In this document: positions 61,976-64,000 of the stretch, piece after piece
How the letters are laid out: every line of letters begins with the position of its first letter
How positions within the stretch are numbered: the first letter of the stretch is position 1
Assembly (NCBI GenBank): GCA_028534125.1
Contig: CM052818.1
Location: 32,800,001 to 32,864,000 of the forward strand
Direction of reading: 5' to 3'
Source of the DNA: Lama glama
Taxonomy: Eukaryota
DNA: 64,000 nucleotides
The notes under the pieces: model-generated
What the model saw: only the letters and a program-made list of their open reading frames with translations
The model's database searches: none
What the model was told of the DNA's origin: nothing
Program-made: the position numbers and the translations under genes

Positions 61976-64000
61976 TCCCACCTGGCACGGGTTGATGTAG
62001 GGAGTGCCTAGTGCCAAGGGGACCTTCTAGAAGGCTGTTCCACAGCCTAGTGGTAGCCCGGGCTTTGTCATTTTCTTGGTGGGGACCTGGAACCACCTTG
62101 CCACCCTCCTTGCTCTGCTGACCCTCACTGTCTGTGCTGGACAGGGCTCCTGATAAGGCGGCCAGGTTACATAGGCCAGCTCAGGGCGGTGTCACAGATA
62201 AGCAGGGATCCTCTGTCACAGCCTGACCTTATCCAATCACTCTGGGTTGGGGTGGAGGAGGATCAAATAGCTGCATTGTCTCTTCCTTTCCCAACAGACT
62301 TCTGCATCAAAACTCAGGCTTTCTACGAGCGCTCCATGGTCTAGGGGGTCTCCCTCCTTTCAGATTACTTGTTCCCTTTTCTTACCACTATTTATTTATC
62401 CTCTTGTATCAGGGACTCTCTTGAAATGAAGAATTTTCCAGCTTTGTGTATCTCACACCACTCTTTGCACACAGTAGGCACACAATACTCTTGCCAACCT
62501 CAAACCCAACTAAACAAGCTCTCCCTTCCGCCTAGGGATGATTCAGTCCCATCCTCGAGGTGCTCAGACAGATGCCCGCCCTGGTTAACTGGCACTGTTA
62601 TAGGATCTCAGCAAGAGGAGACAGGATAATAACCAAACAAAAACATTCCCTTGGCATCAGCATTTTCAGTGGATAGAGGAGAAATTGTTCTCCCGTGTGA
62701 GGTTCTGCAAAGGCATGTAAAGAGTTAGTTAGATCCCTGCCCAGGGACTTGTCCATATAAAGGCATTGCACCCAGAAGGAATGTGCGAGTCATGCTGGGA
62801 AGCAGGTTTCTCACTAGGCTTGGGGGCCTGGAGTGCTTGTGCCAAAGCTAATGTCTGGGGCTGCCCTGCCAGCACCGGGAGACACAGGTCCCCGGGGCCA
62901 CCGAGCGTGACGTAGAGTGCCCAGCTTCCTCTGCCCAGCCCCTGCCTACAGTGGAGATGCCCGTGAGTCCGAACAGCGACGTGGCTCCTGAGTGGGGAAG
63001 ACTCAAAACAGTGATCATTGCTATAGCAGCGGCCTTTCCATCAGGCCCTCTGCCAAGAACTCTCCATCTGTGACCTCGTGTCCACCCCTCACCCTGGGAG
63101 CCGCTGGCCCTTGAGGACACGTGGCCTGGCATCCATGTGGAATGCTGGACCTCGTGGCCTCTCGCTGGCCCAACCCTGCCACACACCTTCGGTGTCAGCT
63201 TTGTTCTCAGCTGAGTCCCCAGCACCAGGCACATTGTGGGCGCCCAAGAATGAATGAATGAAGTTAGTTGTCTCTCTTTTCCTCTAATTCGAGCATGAAG
63301 GAAGCAATTCATAGTCTTGTCCCCTCAGTTTCCCTGGCTCCCTGCCAGGTGGCTTTCTGGGTGGACATGCTTGTCTTTCTTCTCCTCTTGGTTGATCAGT
63401 GTTTACTTGTTGTAAGACCTCCCTTAATTACATTTATTCTGTGAAGCCTTTCTAAATCCATGCTCTCAGATCTCCCTCAGTGTGTATATGCATCTATGTA
63501 GATAATTTCTTATTAATCAAGGTTTCTTGGCCTTTTTTCCTCTCCAAGTATTTCACTTGCCTGCCATAACCCCTCTCCCCACTCCACCAAAAGCAGCCAG
63601 GCCTTTCTGGACCTGTCCCCTCAGGGGGAGAAATGAAGGCATCTTCCCATCTTTGGGGCACCATAAACTTTGTCTTCAGGAGACTGGAGGGAACTATGGG
63701 CATAGACTGGAGGTGTGGGAGAAACACAAGAGAATTGAAATCAGGGAGGCAAGAGATGGGGGCTAAGAGGCTGTTGGCCCCTGGAAGGGGGCCCTGCACC
63801 GTGCTTTTTGCACTGGAGCCCTGAGAAGTGGGAAGACTGCAGAGCGGATGGCTGCATGGTGGCCCTTGGCCTACCAGGCCTTGGCCAGCCTCACAGAATT
63901 TCCTAAGTCTAATGTGACACAGACTAGGGGAATGAGTCCCTGGCCCTAAGCATGGCACCCTGCTGGAGGACAGGAACAGGGGACAGTGAGGGCAACCCAT

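Noticed and set aside
62753..62763. CArG/SRF box or TATA (ccatataaagg)
   Set aside because: Seven rather than six A/T between CC and GG; no supporting downstream gene structure.
50307..64000. 3' exons of a neighbouring gene (PLB1 lies upstream of PPP1CB in human)
   Set aside because: No ORF resembling phospholipase B1 recognised. Short exons below the ORF-track cutoff cannot be fully excluded without tblastn.
1..64000. CRISPR arrays, operons or other prokaryotic/viral systems
   Set aside because: The sequence is mammalian intron/intergenic DNA; no regularly spaced repeat-spacer structure or dense coding blocks.

Overview
Mammalian genomic DNA, most likely from a camelid (three tRNA-derived Vic-1-like SINEs and camelid-type L1 3' ends). 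The only protein-coding sequence I can support is coding exon 1 of PPP1CB (PP1-beta catalytic subunit, MADGELNVDSLITRLLE) on the minus strand at 14160-14211, inside a CpG-island promoter (~13780-14860). Positions 1-14159 are PPP1CB intron 1; exon 2 is not in the window. Positions ~14900-64000 are upstream intergenic DNA, with a 500-N scaffold gap at 49807-50306. The rest is interspersed repeats: L1, L2, MIR, hAT-Charlie/Blackjack and Tigger DNA transposon fossils, MaLR/ERV LTRs and microsatellites. I see no convincing new gene system. The most unusual structures are: (i) an LTR-type element that starts at its TG but ends in AATAAA plus poly(A) with a ~16-bp TSD, i.e. apparently mobilised like a SINE by L1 machinery; (ii) an L1 target site present in three copies; (iii) a 3'-truncated L1 with its own TSD; (iv) a decayed, near-complete Cheshire-type hAT transposase in intron 1; (v) a PPP1CB 5' leader combining a uORF, a G-quadruplex motif and a candidate alternative intron whose acceptor AG is the uORF stop codon. 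Repeat family names come from visual recall of consensus sequences and boundaries are approximate; they need RepeatMasker/Dfam confirmation.
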